From NCBI GenBank assembly GCA_964019335.1, contig OZ025648.1:124001-188000 (forward strand): DNA of 64,000 bases, in the 5' to 3' direction. The notes under the pieces were generated by a model. It ran no database searches and had not been told where the DNA came from. It was given only the letters and a program-made list of their open reading frames with translations. A program made the translations under genes and the position numbers. This document shows, piece after piece, positions 24,817-36,900 of this stretch; the stretch's first letter is position 1; every line of letters starts with the position of its first letter. This DNA comes from Diplonema japonicum (taxonomy: Eukaryota > Protista > Euglenozoa: Diplonemea).

Positions 24817-26585
24817 CTACGAGGGGAGGGGTGGAGGGGTTAAGAAAGAACGTACTTCATTGAACGGCGTGGGGAGAGATGCTGGTCTTGGAGACCTTGC
24901 TTGCTGTGAGATGCTGCTTGATTGAACATAAACATACTTGTGCCTTATGGGTGTGAGGGAGTGCGAGAGTCGTTGAGGGGAACCACCGCGGCGACTTTGG
25001 GTGGAGAGTAAAGGCTGCGAGAACTTCCCTTTGGACAGGCCTGCTGCTGCTGCTCGGCAACTGAAGGCTGATGTCATTACTCCTTCTGCGAGGCTCTTCA
25101 GCTTGATGAGGCGGTACTGCTTGGATGATGCAGGATAGAGACACATACCTCGTTGTCAATAAGCCGCACCGCCTCCTCGTCAACAGGAGGCACACGAGGC
25201 TTGCTGTGCTGCCTGAGTTTAGGCTTTACTTTCGGCTGGTGTAATGGTGTGGGTGTAGATGTCTGAACAGGCTCAGCAACCTCACGTGCTGGAGTAGAAG
25301 CGAGAGGCGCAGGGGGTACAGGCGTTACGCTAATACTCCGCATTGCTGCTTCCTTTGCTTGTATCACAAAGGATGATGTCCCCAGCGTGAAGTGCGCCGC
25401 AAGGGCTGAAAGTTCTGTGTGCTCGTCAGCCACAATACATTGCCGGTCAAAGGTCTCGATTTTCAGTAGATGGGCAGCCTTTCCAGGGTGAAGCACACTA
25501 TCGTAAAGTGCTGAAGCATCCATCGCTTGGTCCCGCCAGGTTTCGCGCTCGTCTGTGACCACACGCAGCCTGGCCCTTGCGTCTTCGATCTGCTTCTCGA
25601 GGTTCCGTATCTTCTCTTCAGCTTCTTCTCTCTCTTCTCTGTTTCTCTCAGTTTCTTCTTGCAACCCCTTCACAACCACTTCAGGAGCGCACGGGCTCAC
25701 TTCGTTGCACTCCATGAGGTCTTTTAATACGGGCGATTGAGCTATCTCCGTCTCGGGGCTGAACCTTCCCGAGGGGCCTATGATGTCCCCTCTCTTCCAC
25801 ACCACTCTGGGACTGCCCTTTGTTGGTGATGGGCTCGACATGATGGTGGTGTTACCATCTGAGCGGCATTCACCGATCAACACAGGGAGGGGCTTCATGC
25901 AGCACTCCCAGTAGAGAGAGAAGAGAGTAGTGTGCAGGTGGTGGCGGTGGTCAAGGGACTGGCAGGTCACGATGAGCGGGTCGATGAGGGACAAGCCGTG
26001 GAGGAGGAAAGTGAGCCCGTTTGGGTCCCATAGGATGGATTCAACTTCTTGGATGAGGACGTTGTGCAGGGAGAGGCCATCGTGGGAGAAGAAGAGCAGG
26101 GAGAGGGAGGTGAGAACAGCGATGGCAGGAGTATCATGCAGGGTGCACTCCGCTGACCACTCGACGGTGCTTTGGCCTGACGAAAGGAGCTGGTTTTTCA
26201 GAACGTGAGCAGCGTTGGCATGGTCGTAGTCTTTGCAGGATACGAGACCGACAGCAGTGGACCGCTGCAGATCACCGAGAGTTGTTATGCTTGGAACAAT
26301 GCGGGGGTCACCCAGGGTAGGGTTGTACAGCTTGCACATTTTAAGGAGGCCTTCGGCCAACTCTTCCGCCATTTCTGTATCTTGTGCCTGCAGCATGATC
26401 AACTCGTTGTCCTCAAGACGCAGTCCAAGAACGTCCCCCGCAAGCACCATGACCTCTATTGTACCTATCTTTATCATTTTAATACCAGCATCTAACCAAC
26501 CATTTCCGTACACCGCCCACACCTCTGTGCTTGTGCCCTCCTTTACAGTCGCATCACCCTTGGCTGCCGCGACAACGTCGTTCAT
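24817..26585 (-). CDS. Hypothetical protein (possible PH-like region plus coiled coil); 3' end uncertain
   Basis: 495-aa ORF extended by a ~29-nt intron (25120-25148) into the 24817..25146 frame. Confidence 0.65.
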
Positions 26586-27011
26586 CTCCTAGATAACGAA
26601 TTTTTGTTTTTTTTCTAAAAGAAAAAGAAAGAATCAGAAGTGAAATAGGAGAGAAAATAAAAAAAAAGAGAGGGGTGGGAAGAAAGTAGGAAGAGGGGGG
26701 AGAAAAAGGAAAAACTAAAGAAAACTGTTTTAAAAGTAGTCCTTTTTTTTTGAGCAACGAGTTTCGCCTTTCTTTCCCCCCCTCTCACCTGCGGCCATGG
26801 CTCTCGATAAGACAGGTAGCTAGATCCTCTTTCTTCGTTTTTTACTTGTCTTTTTCTCCTCTACATCTTACGCTACCCTTTCTAGAAAAAAAAAATTGCT
26901 CCTTGTTCTTGTACTCTAGAATAAAAGAAACAGAAAAAGAGAAAAAAGAAGAAAAAACAGGGGGAAACTTTGTGACACTTAAAATTTTTATTCCATTCGA
27001 AGAGAGAATGG

Positions 27012-27048
<37 letters not shown>

Positions 27049-28031
27049 GAACTCCTCTTTCCACGAAGAGGGGAACGGTAACTCCTGCTTTTGTTGAAGC
27101 TTCACTCTTCTCTTTTTCTTTTTATTTGTCTTTTGCTCTTTTTTTTTTTCTTGCTCCCTGTCCTCCCTGATTTGAAAACTTCTCAAGATGGTGGGCATGA
27201 TATGAGTCAAACGAAAAAAAGGGGTAAAGTAAAGTTCATTGAAAGGAAATAAAAACCTAATGGGGGGGAGTTGTGTGGTGGAGGGCAATCTTTCGCTAAT
27301 ATCCTGTAGGAAGGATATGGGGGAAAAAATCTAAGAGAGGTGGATTAATAAAGTACTGGAAACTGAAACTTGAAACAAGGGGAGATATTGCCGGGCCATC
27401 TCAGACCTCCAAGGTGCCGGGGAAAGCCCCTCCGTGCCCTTTTGCTGTTAAATAAAATAACTCTTGTTCCGTCGTGTTTCATCGAATCTCGGTTTGCAGC
27501 TATCAAAAATAAAAGAAAAATTGAGGGACTAGCAATGGGGTTGGGGCCTTACACCTTCCTTCATCTCTTTGGAACAATTTCCTTCGCCCGACGAAAAATA
27601 TGTCCGCATGAAAGAAAAGGGTAAAAGAGAAAGCCACCAGGGGAGGGGCAATAAGTGGGGTACCTTATAAACAATAGTCGCCGTTTTCTACTACAGAAAG
27701 GAAGGAAAGCTTTCTATTCTATCTATGGTCAATGCCGAGGGCAGTGATGTTGGGACGGTCGCTTAAATAGAGTGTGCTCTCGCCGGTGCGGAATCGTATT
27801 CATCATCGGCATCCTGTAAGTTGAAGTTCAAAATGTTTAAAAAAGAAAATGGCTGCTGGGCTATTCCTGTTCACGAGCCACAACACGCCAGTTTCTGTAG
27901 TCTCCGGCAGTGGTTGTAAGAAAAGAAAAGATACAGTGGTGCCCAAAATGTCAATAAATGACGCTCCTGAAGGAAATCAAACCACCAAGTAATGAGGTAC
28001 TACTTTATAATAGATCGGAAAATATTTTCGT

Positions 28032-28550
28032 CCTGCCAATTGAAGGGGTCCCGCTGGGGGGCGGCAGATCGACGACCACGCCCCCTCTCCTGGTCTCCCG
28101 CGCATACAGCCGAGGAGACACCTTCCACATCACTTGTACGGCGTCCTCCCTTCCTTGATCCCTTCCTTACTTGAACGGATGTCGGCCAGGGACCTGCTGG
28201 GGCTGCTTGGGCTGGTTGAGACGAACCCCGGTCCACCTAAGAAGCTCCCACCCCCGAAGCCGAAGGGACTCAGGGTCCTGTCCGGTCACCAGAGGTCCCA
28301 GTTGAGAAAAACGACGAACTGGGGTCAAGGTCCCCGTCCGAGCCACGTAGGTCTACGCGGCTTGGAATTAAAGTAATTCAGCCCTCTTCGGCTGTTCCAA
28401 ACAGGTGCACGGGTTGGCGGAGTCCACAGCTCCATCTGATTGCAGAAGAACTGGTCTTCGCCCTCCCTGTAATATTTCCATGCTTCCCTTCGCCTTTCCC
28501 CTTCCCAGGTGTTGCTCCCCCATGGTGGCACCTATTGGTATTTTGAAGGG
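28032..28550 (+). mobile_element. Diverged, internally deleted copy of retroelement family A (ORF1 end + linker + 2A-like motif + 3' UTR)
   Basis: Encodes 'RDLLGLLGLVETNPGPPKKLPPP'; 3' part homologous to the 33530-33710 3' UTR ('cagccctcttcggctg', 'attggtattttga'); flanked by AAAATATT(T/C)TCG at 28019 and 28552. Confidence 0.85.
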
Positions 28551-28563
28551 AAAAATATTCTCG

Positions 28564-28721
28564 GTACGTATGGATAGTTTAGCGGAAGTTTCAAGGTTAT
28601 CACATTCCTTTCCTTTCCCCCTTTCGTTAGATACAGGGAGACCCTTGGTCCACCTGTTCTGTCCCCCCCCCAGCCTTTGCTTCGCACGTCAGTGGTTCAT
28701 TTATTATTATTTATTATTTGA
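28564..28721 (+). mobile_element. Short (ATT)n-tailed retroelement remnant abutting tRNA-Val
   Basis: Ends 'cagtggttcatttattattatttattattt'; lies between two copies of the tRNA 5'-flank TSD (28552, 28722). Confidence 0.55.
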
Positions 28722-28735
28722 AAAATATTTTCGTA

Positions 28736-28808
28736 GCTCGTGTCGTCTAGTGGTTAGGACGCTCGCCTTACACGCGAGAGATCGTCGGTTCAATCCCGGC
28801 CATGAGTA
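28736..28808 (+). tRNA. tRNA-Val(TAC)
   Basis: Cloverleaf; anticodon arm CTCGC-CT-TAC-AC-GCGAG; T-loop TTCAATC; followed by a T7 terminator. Confidence 0.93.
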
Positions 28809-28829
28809 CTTTTTTTCTTCCCCACAAAC

Positions 28830-30509
28830 CGAAGAGTCAGAGTCCCCACTGCTGTATGTTTCCTCATCTTCTTCGTCGCTCTGTGAATGGTGTTCTGAAA
28901 TTCTTTTGAGTCTTTCATACCAATTCCTCAGGACCTTGAAACCCAAAGGAAGCACGCGTGGGTGCCTCGTCTCCCTCTTTGTATTCAAACCAGTCAGCAT
29001 AGTTCACGAGCATTTCCTGTGATTGTTGTATTTTTTGTTTGTTTGAATTTTTGTTGTTAAGCACCTGCGCCGTGGCACGTTGGTACGGGTCAGGGTGGAG
29101 CATGGGGAGAAGGAAGTTTGCAATTTCGTCGGCCTTTGTCCTCGTGAATTTGTATTTTTCGTGAAGCACCGATGACAGGCCCCAGTATTTCAAGCTGTTT
29201 TGTTTTTGTTTTATTTTATTTTGTTTTTGCAAGCGGTATACTTGGTGATGTGTCGCAACTCCCCGTGTCTTGTGAGGTACTTCTCCCTGAACTTACCGTT
29301 CCCGCGGGACATTCTTGGGGGAAGTGGGCCCAGGAGTTCAATCATAAGCGCAAGGTGGTCTTCGTCTCTGTCGAAGTTGTCACCGGTACGGGGGTCGAAG
29401 AGGAACTCGCCAGTGAGCAGCTCGAAAATAACACAAGCACATGACCAAATGTCAATGGGCGTGCTGTAGCCCTCTCCCAAGATTACCTCAGGCGACCTGT
29501 ATTGCCTGGTTTGCACCTCGTCTGTGAACTGCTTGTATACCCAGCACCCGTTGCCAAAGTCAGCCAGCACCACCTCTTTTCTACGCTGCTCTTCGTACTC
29601 CGGGTCCTCATCAGAGATCTCGTCGTCGTCGACAGGTACGGGCTTCACCGACTGTTCAGGCTGCACCACTTCTTCTTCTTCATCGTCATTCTTTGCTTTG
29701 CTCAGTTTCTTCTTCAGTCTCTTCTTCTGCGCTTTGCTCAACATTGAGGGGTCTTTTTCTGTCAGCAACAGCTGTTTCTCCAAAGGCGGAGGTGTGTACT
29801 TCTCGCATATGCGGCGTATCTTCTTCACAGGATTTGCAAGCAGCACGTTCTCTGGCTTCAGGTCGGTGTGGATAATCTGCAATTCTCTATGCAGGTAATC
29901 AAGACCTATCAGCATCTGCTTTGCAATAGGCTTAATAAGCCTGATTGGGATGCCCTTGTAGCTGTACTTTGTGATGAGCGAGAGCAAGTTCTCGCCGAGG
30001 ACTTTGAAGATCATGACTACGTGCTTGCCGTTAGGGCCCTTGTGCTCGAAGTAGTCGGTCATAGAACAGCAGCATTTTTCGGACAGTGGGTCGCCTTTCA
30101 TAATCTGATCGAGAAGCTTGATTTCGTCGAAGGCAGCCTCGCGGTAGTGCTCTGCGCCCTTCTGGACTTTCATCGCCTTGAAATCTTTGTCCACGTAGTC
30201 CCACACCAGCCACACGGTACTGAAGTAGCCCCACCCAAGTTTGTGTGCTGTTCTGTATCTCTGGTTGTAAATCTCCCCTTCGGCGACAGGGTGGTATCCA
30301 CCCTTCCTGTACTCCTCCTTCCGCTCTTCTTGCGTATCAGAGTAGTCCTCGTCAGTCCGTGAGTCGACGTCGTCGCTGTCATCGTCCTTCTTCTGCTGCT
30401 TCTTTCTCGTTTTCTCCCACGGTTTCGTGTTCCGTCCTTTGTTCTTCCTCGGCTTCCTTCTCCTCAAGGCCGCCGCGACACCCGACGACGCATCCTTCGG
30501 GATAGGCAT
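28830..30509 (-). CDS. SRPK: SR protein kinase (SRPK/Sky1 family), multi-exon; 3' end uncertain
   Basis: 'GGYHPV', 'KLGWGYFSTVWL', 'HTDLKPEN', 'ADFGNGCW', 'QTRQYRSPEV' and 'DEDHLALMIELLG'; short introns near 29190-29240, 29018-29064 and 28881-28920. Confidence 0.92.
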
Positions 30510-30599
30510 CTCTTGCTTTTCCTGGTTAATTGTTTTATTACGGCGAGGTTGCAAGAAGTGAAGGGGGGGGGAAAAGCGTAAATGAAAACTCTTTTTTTT

Positions 30600-31372
30600 T
30601 TAAGAGAACTGTTCGTCATCGTATGTAAGATCTTCGGGTTGATCCCGAGGCCAAGCGAGGATTGGTGTCTTGTCAGTAGGGCGTTGGTTGGGGCTGTTCT
30701 TGATAAATCTAGAAAAGAATGGGTCGTGTAGAAATAAAACCGAACATACTTGGTACACGCACGTACGGTCGCATTGTTCATCTGCAGGACGTTTATCTCG
30801 CAGCGGAGGGCACAGGACCCGAACCTGCGAGCGGAGCAGCAGTCAGGTGAGCCAGCTGATGCAAGGCATAAGAGTTGGTGGGCGTTGATGTCCGGCATGT
30901 TGTGTATGTATTTTTGAAGGATTTTGCGATCTCGCAGCCATCGAACGGTTGGGTTCATTTGGGGTTTCGGGAACATTTCCCTTTCCCAGTCCTCTTCAAA
31001 TTCATGTTCAAGAAGATCTGCCCATATTACAAGAATTTTGCTGACAGTGTTGCCCCAAGGGCAATGCCCGTTGTAGGTTCGACAATTTTGCCACACCTTG
31101 GCCACATCCTCCTTCACCTCTTCTACTGCGCGATATTCATCACAGTCTATGTACGTAAGCACACTCCCGAGGTCCATCGGCTGCTTGATAATCTGATAGT
31201 AGTTGAGCGCCCCATCGCTCATCTCGTCTACAGGCTTCAAAAAAAATATCGCCCTCGGGTCATCATGTATCCTCTTCACCACCTTTCGCGCTGATTGGAA
31301 TAGCTTTGTCAGGTTCTTCCTCTTCCTGCTTCCACTGGGTGGGTACACTCTCCTTATACTTCCATTCTCCAT
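30600..31372 (-). CDS. Bromodomain + ET-like domain protein (BET/GTE-like), 2 exons
   Basis: 'FLKPVD...YYQIIKQPMDL...NCRTYN'; GTATG intron ~30709-30750 gives a C-terminus ending TAA at 30600. Confidence 0.8.
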
Positions 31373-31570
31373 TTCTGCAAAAAAAGAAGAAAAAAAACAC
31401 CACACCCCCAAGTGATGATCCTGAGAGCACACCTTCAAGCCGTCCGGGAAATAAAGAAGAAGAAGAAAAAAAAAAATCAAATTGTTGTGCAAAGCACCGC
31501 GTAAGCACCATAGATGAATCAATAATAATAAGCAAAATTCTAAATTCTGTTCGTGCGCAGCGAGCGGTAT

Positions 31571-31641
31571 TTTTTACCTTAAGCGCATCTACGCTGTCAT
31601 CGACTAGTTTTTAGTCTCGACAATTATATTGTTAAAACAAA
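31571..31641. repeat. Short dispersed repeat, copy 2
   Basis: Matches 7581-7657; followed by (TAA)n. Confidence 0.7.
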
Positions 31642-31757
31642 TAATAATAATAATAATAATAATAATATAAATGAAGAATAAAACGGTTCCATGTTGAAGA
31701 TATTTTCCCTCCCCCTTTTCTTCATTCCCCTCTTTCTATTTCTCTTCTGTTCCTTCG

Positions 31758-32903
31758 TTAAGTAAAATGCAAGCGGAAGCGTCTGTAAAATTTGGTAGCC
31801 AAGAGTGCGTGTGTGTGTGTGGTTACATACGATTTTTGCCGAAATGAGTACCGTGGCTCAGGTTCTTGTTCGATGGGAATCTCATGTTCATTGATGATGT
31901 CTTCTGAGGACTCTCCGTACCAAGTGAGGAGTTCTTTTCCAGGAGGGATGTCACGAATGGCTCGGAGGAAAATCCGGTGGTCGATCTGGATGAACTTACA
32001 ATTCATGACGCCAGGGACCGCGTCGTTTCTCTTAGCCGGGCCCAAGTAGAAATCTGCTGCGTTGATATATCGGAGCCAGCTGGACTCTGAAGCGTCCTCT
32101 GCATCCATGAGAAAACACACTGTGTCATCAGTTCGAGCCATATGCGTGAAATCATTGTCATCCATGATCTGAACGCTGAACAGGTACTGCCCCACCTTCC
32201 CGTTCTTTTTCTCGTGAAGCAATTTGTAGCTTGTGCAAACTTTTCCTCTGTACTCTCCAACCCACTCCCCGCATTTCACTTTTTTCTTTGCGAACATCCC
32301 CTTGAATTCATCCAACCCTTTGAGATCGACAATCTCGCTTCGTTTATATTCAAACCGTTTTTTGTCATATTCTGCAGCGGGTATTTTAGCAGGATTTGCG
32401 AGGATATCGCGTAGGCTCGAGCTTTGTTTCGCCAGTTTTTCGAGTTTTCTCTGTCGCCATTTCAATTGTTCTGGGTACGCTTTGCACGTTACTTGAAGCT
32501 GTTCCTTTGCCTCCCGGTTCAGCTCCCATTCACCATCGCTTGTTTCGGTCATGTTCACAACCATGATGCAGTCTTTGCGCAGAATCTCGCTTCCGTGGGC
32601 TTTTTCAAACAACATATTAAGGCCTCTCCCTACATGACGGCCTTTCAACCACGAAACATCAATCTCGTTGACATGGGGTGGAACCTTCTTTTCGGTCACA
32701 CAGAGCCTGTAAGCACCTGCATCTTCTAAGTGAACTGCAAGTACCAACCCTTCCGTCAATTCATTGTTCCTAAGCATTGCTGTGTGGTACAGCTGGCTAG
32801 GAAACGGGTGTCCCTCGGGAAGCAGTTCCTTGCACCATTCGTCCCAACGTTCCAGTTTCGAAATTTCGTCTTGTTCTTGTCCGTCGTCTCGCTTCCGTTT
32901 CAT
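31758..32903 (-). CDS. SET-domain (PR/SET-like) protein
   Basis: 'GMFAKK..GEWVGEYRG', 'WLRYIN', 'AIRDIPPGKELLTWYG'. Confidence 0.85.
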   Translation of the reverse strand: MKRKRDDGQEQDEISKLERWDEWCKELLPEGHPFPSQLYHTAMLRNNELTEGLVLAVHLEDAGAYRLCVTEKKVPPHVNEIDVSWLKGRHVGRGLNMLFEKAHGSEILRKDCIMVVNMTETSDGEWELNREAKEQLQVTCKAYPEQLKWRQRKLEKLAKQSSSLRDILANPAKIPAAEYDKKRFEYKRSEIVDLKGLDEFKGMFAKKKVKCGEWVGEYRGKVCTSYKLLHEKKNGKVGQYLFSVQIMDDNDFTHMARTDDTVCFLMDAEDASESSWLRYINAADFYLGPAKRNDAVPGVMNCKFIQIDHRIFLRAIRDIPPGKELLTWYGESSEDIINEHEIPIEQEPEPRYSFRQKSYVTTHTHALLATKFYRRFRLHFT

Positions 32904-33226
32904 TTCAAACCCCACCTTTCTTCTGCATTGTTTCTACTTTTTTTCTTTTTTTTTTTCTTTTTTTTTTGTGTCGAACTGTGTTAGCACAATGTACAAAAAA
33001 ACAGCGATGGTTAGCATTGCAGGAGAGGTCGACACATCAATTTGCTCCAATCTCTCTCTCAGAAAGCATGGTTCAAGTAAATAAGTAAAGCAATAAGAAT
33101 AGAAAACAGCCTATTCAATCGGTTTAAACTGCGGTCGAATGTTTGCCTCACCACTCGCCATAATCACATCCATCGCATCGTCGCGATGCAACTCGGCCTG
33201 TCGGGTTTTAATGCAATTTCAAAAAA

Positions 33227-33300
33227 AGGCACCTGAGGGATTTGAACCCTCGACCTCACGCTTACTAGGCGTGCGCTCTAACCAACTGAGCTAAGGCGCC
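33227..33300 (-). tRNA. tRNA-Thr(AGT), copy 1
   Basis: GGCGCCTTAGCTCAGTTGG...CACGC-CT-AGT-AA-GCGTG...GTTCAAATCC; T-run terminator. Confidence 0.95.
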
Positions 33301-33429
33301 ACACGATCGCCGACCGTGTCCCCAACAAATATTATACGAGACTGAGCGACGATTATTAAAGATCAACTGATGATTCTGAAATTCTTTCATCTGTCCCCAA
33401 GATTTACGCCTTCTACGTAGATTAAAAAG

Positions 33430-33501
33430 TTCCGCCACCGGGGTTCGAACCCGGGTCGCCTGGGTGAAGGCCAGGTATACTAACCACTGTACTATAGCGG
33501 A
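33430..33501 (-). tRNA. tRNA-Glu(TTC)
   Basis: TCCGCTATAGTACAGTGG...CCTGG-CC-TTC-AC-CCAGG...GTTCGAACCC. Confidence 0.95.
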
Positions 33502-33954
33502 TACGACGGGCAATTTTTTTTTTTTTTTTCAAAATACCAATGCAGGGCCGCCATGGAGAGCAACACCTGAGAAAAGGGAAAAAAAAGGTGAAGGGAAACC
33601 ATGGGGAAATAGGGAGGGCAATGGACCAGGCTTCTGCAAGCAGGAGGAGCCCTGGTCCCCCACCAACCCGTGCTCTGCTTTGGGACAGCCGAAGAGGGCT
33701 GAATTACATTATTCCCTCAGTCAAGTGAGAGAAAACGGGGGCCTACCTTCCAGCTGGATGTCCTTCTTTGGCTGGAACCTCCGGCGGAAAGCCCCCCAGG
33801 GAGGTATTGCTCCTATTGAGCGAATCATTGGTGAGTGTGAAAATATAAAAAAAGGGGAAATGGGAAACAGTGAGAGGAAGGTGAAGGAAGGGAAAGGAAG
33901 GGAAAGGAAAGTGGAAAACACAACATTTCACTTTACACACACGCGGGCGATCCC

Positions 33955-36900
33955 TTAGCGCAGCACGGGGGCCGCGGGACCGGCGTCAAGAGAGACCGGA
34001 GGAGGGGGCGGCACGTTTGAAGGTGCAGTGACGTCTGTAGACGCCAGGGATGATGGCGAGGTGAACAGTCCGGAGCGTGACCAGGCGAGCAGGCCAGACT
34101 CAACAATGAGGTCGTAGATCTGGGTCACGCGTCTCGACAGGGAGAAGGCTAGGGAGGGAGTACCAGCAGGAGTGTCGATCGCCCCCCTCCCGATCACAGG
34201 GCACCCACCGACAACATGCTCCCTGGACATCGGTGCTGCGTGGCAGGCTGGGCACCGGAGCACACCCTTGTGCTTCCTGTTCGGGCCAGCAGTCTGCAGG
34301 AAGCCGAAGAAGAGAGCCGAGTGACCAATCCGCAGCCGCGAGATGACCGTTTCAGCTTGTCTGGGGAAGCCAAGGGGGAAGTGCGCAGACCGAAGCTCGG
34401 TCGCCACCGCGTAGTTGTGGGCGAGGGATGTTATGAGCTCCGCGGACCTCCGCACCACCCACCGTCGCACCAGGGCTCTCACTGATCGGTAGTCAAGGGA
34501 GGGCCTGTCCTGCTTCCGCTTCGTTCCCTCCCCGGCCAGAGCGTCAGCCTTCTCGTTCCCGTCCACCCCACAGTGGGAGGGCACAAACTGGAGGACCACC
34601 GGTGTCCCCTGCGTGCGCGCCGCGGACACCAGCCGGCTCCACGTCTGGTGGTCGAGCTTCTCCCTCTGTCGCGTTGGGCCAGCTCGCAGCTGCTCGACGA
34701 GGGAGAGGGAGTCGGTGCAGATCGACAGCGGGGACTTCGCCAGCGAAGGGTGTGTTTTTCGGAGGGTAGCCACCATATCCAGCGCCGTTTTCACAGCCAT
34801 GCCCTCTGCCCGAAAAGATGAACAGAAGTCGTTGACGCCATGGCACACAGACACAGGGGTCAGGGGGGGAGGCAGCTGCAGATAAACCCCAGAGCCACCT
34901 TTCGCCTTCTGTCCGACCTGTACAACCGAGCCATCCGTGTAGGCATGGATGCCCGGGGGGAGAGCCGCAAGAGCAGCCTCGGCCGCCTTCCGCCTGTCCG
35001 CGTCTGGCGACGATCGCGTGACCCCGCCGGGGAGGTCAGTCCTGAAGTCGACCATGCCTGTCTGCCACGGGGCCGCCAGGGGCGTAGCCGACAGGTACTC
35101 GAAGTGCACCTTTGGTTCCAACCCGCATCGACGCAGTGCTTGGTAGCCAGAGCGCAGCCACCCACACCCCAGCCTGTTCGCCTGCTTCAGCTTGACCGTC
35201 TCCCTGTGAACCGGGGAAGACTGCCAGCAGAAGGCCTTCGCCGTCATCGTCGCCGCAGCACCCTCCGCCATTCTTTCGAGGGGAAGCAGTCCTGCCTCTG
35301 CTAGGAGCTTGTACCCTCCGGAGCCACTCCAGCAGCCCGTGATCAGCACCGCCGCCTCCTGGTGAAGCCCAGCCAGGTCCTTCCTCCCGACATCATCGAG
35401 CCTGCTGTAGTAGACCCCCATGCAGTAGCGCAGCAGCGGGAGGATGTACGTAACGTAGAGAGACCGCAGAGTGTCCCTCTTGCTGCCCCAGGACGTGCCG
35501 GACAAGAGCTTCAGCACCCTCAGCCTTTTGCTGGCCCGCCGTAGGATGTCCTGTGCGTGTTCACCGAACGTGAGCCCAGAGTCCACCGTAACCCCAAGGT
35601 ACCTCGCGTGTTCAGACAGAGGCAGGGGACGGGCCGCAACGTAATCCACGTCGGGCCGTCGCACGGCTGCATGCATGTCCCGCACGCAGCGGATCCGCAC
35701 ACCACCCGCCTCCACAACCTGAAGGCCCGCCAGCTCCTGGTCCCCGGAGATCGTGCCATCGGCGTTCACCCCCAGGCCGAAGAGTGGGTTCTGGAAGGCA
35801 CCTGGCTGAAGGGGGACTCGTGACGAAGTGAAGTAGACCCCGAGACGTTTCTGGGGGGGGACGCAGACTGCCTGCGTCTTGGACGTGCTCAGCAGCATGT
35901 CACGCTCCCTGCACCAGTCCTCAACCGCATCCACCACTGCCTGCGCCTTCCGCTCCAGCCCAGCCACGTCCCCTTGTCCAGAGGAGATCACAACCGCCAC
36001 GTCGTCGGCGTAGAGCACCGAGACGTCCGCCAGTCCCTCCATCTCCTGGCGAGTTCGTCGACGTAGATGGTGTACAGGATGGGACCCAAGACAGAGCCCT
36101 GGGGGACACCCCGTCGCACCTTCGTCGTCGACCCCCTCGACCGTCCAATCGTGACCGCAGCAGTACGGCCGCATAGAAAGGACCGCGTCCACTCCACGAA
36201 GGGTTCGGGGAGACCCTTCCCTCGCATCTTGTCCAGCAGGGCACCATGGGGCACCAGGTCGAAGGCAGAAGAGAAGTCGAACAGCAGAGCGGCCGAGAGA
36301 CGTCGATCGTCTTTGTTCCTCGACATGCACTCAGTGAGGGTTGCCACCTGCTCCTCCGTGGAGCGGCCGCGTCTGAAACCAGCCTGGCTGTCGTGGAGTC
36401 CCTCGACTCCCGTCCCGTCCGCGTCAAGAAGAAACGTGAGCCTCTCCTCGATCATCCTCTCCAGCAGCTTGCAGAGGCAGCTGGTCAGGCAGATCGGCCG
36501 GTAGGAAGCCAAGAGAGTCGCATCTTTTCCAGGTTTCGGTACCGGGACGATCACTCCCTTCTTCCAGGCACCGGGGACGACACCCATCAGCCAGGAGCGA
36601 TTGAGGAGTAGAAGGAGGACACCGAGGGAGTCCGAGTTCAGGTGTAGGAGCATCTCCGAGAAGATTCCGTCTTCCCCGGCCGCGCTGCGCGTCTTCATCC
36701 TTCTCAGGCCGCGGGTGAGGTCGTCCACGGTGAACGCTTGACACCCGAGTCTGCTTGCAGAAGGAGCGGCGTCCTTCGAGTTCCCGTCACCACGCCTGCC
36801 GTAGAGCTTAGCGAAGTGCGCCCCCAGCCGGTCGGCCTTCGCCTTGTCCGACACAAATCTTCCCTCGAGTACAGGAAGGTGTGTCTTTCGGTGCCTGCCG

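Noticed and set aside
27885-27905. Spliced-leader-like CAGTTTCTGTA
   Set aside because: Only an 11-nt match; the rest of the SL exon and the donor site are absent.
33340-33385. C/D snoRNA or hammerhead from CTGA...TGATGA..CTGAAA
   Set aside because: No upstream box C or terminal stem and no stem II; better explained as an element 3' end.
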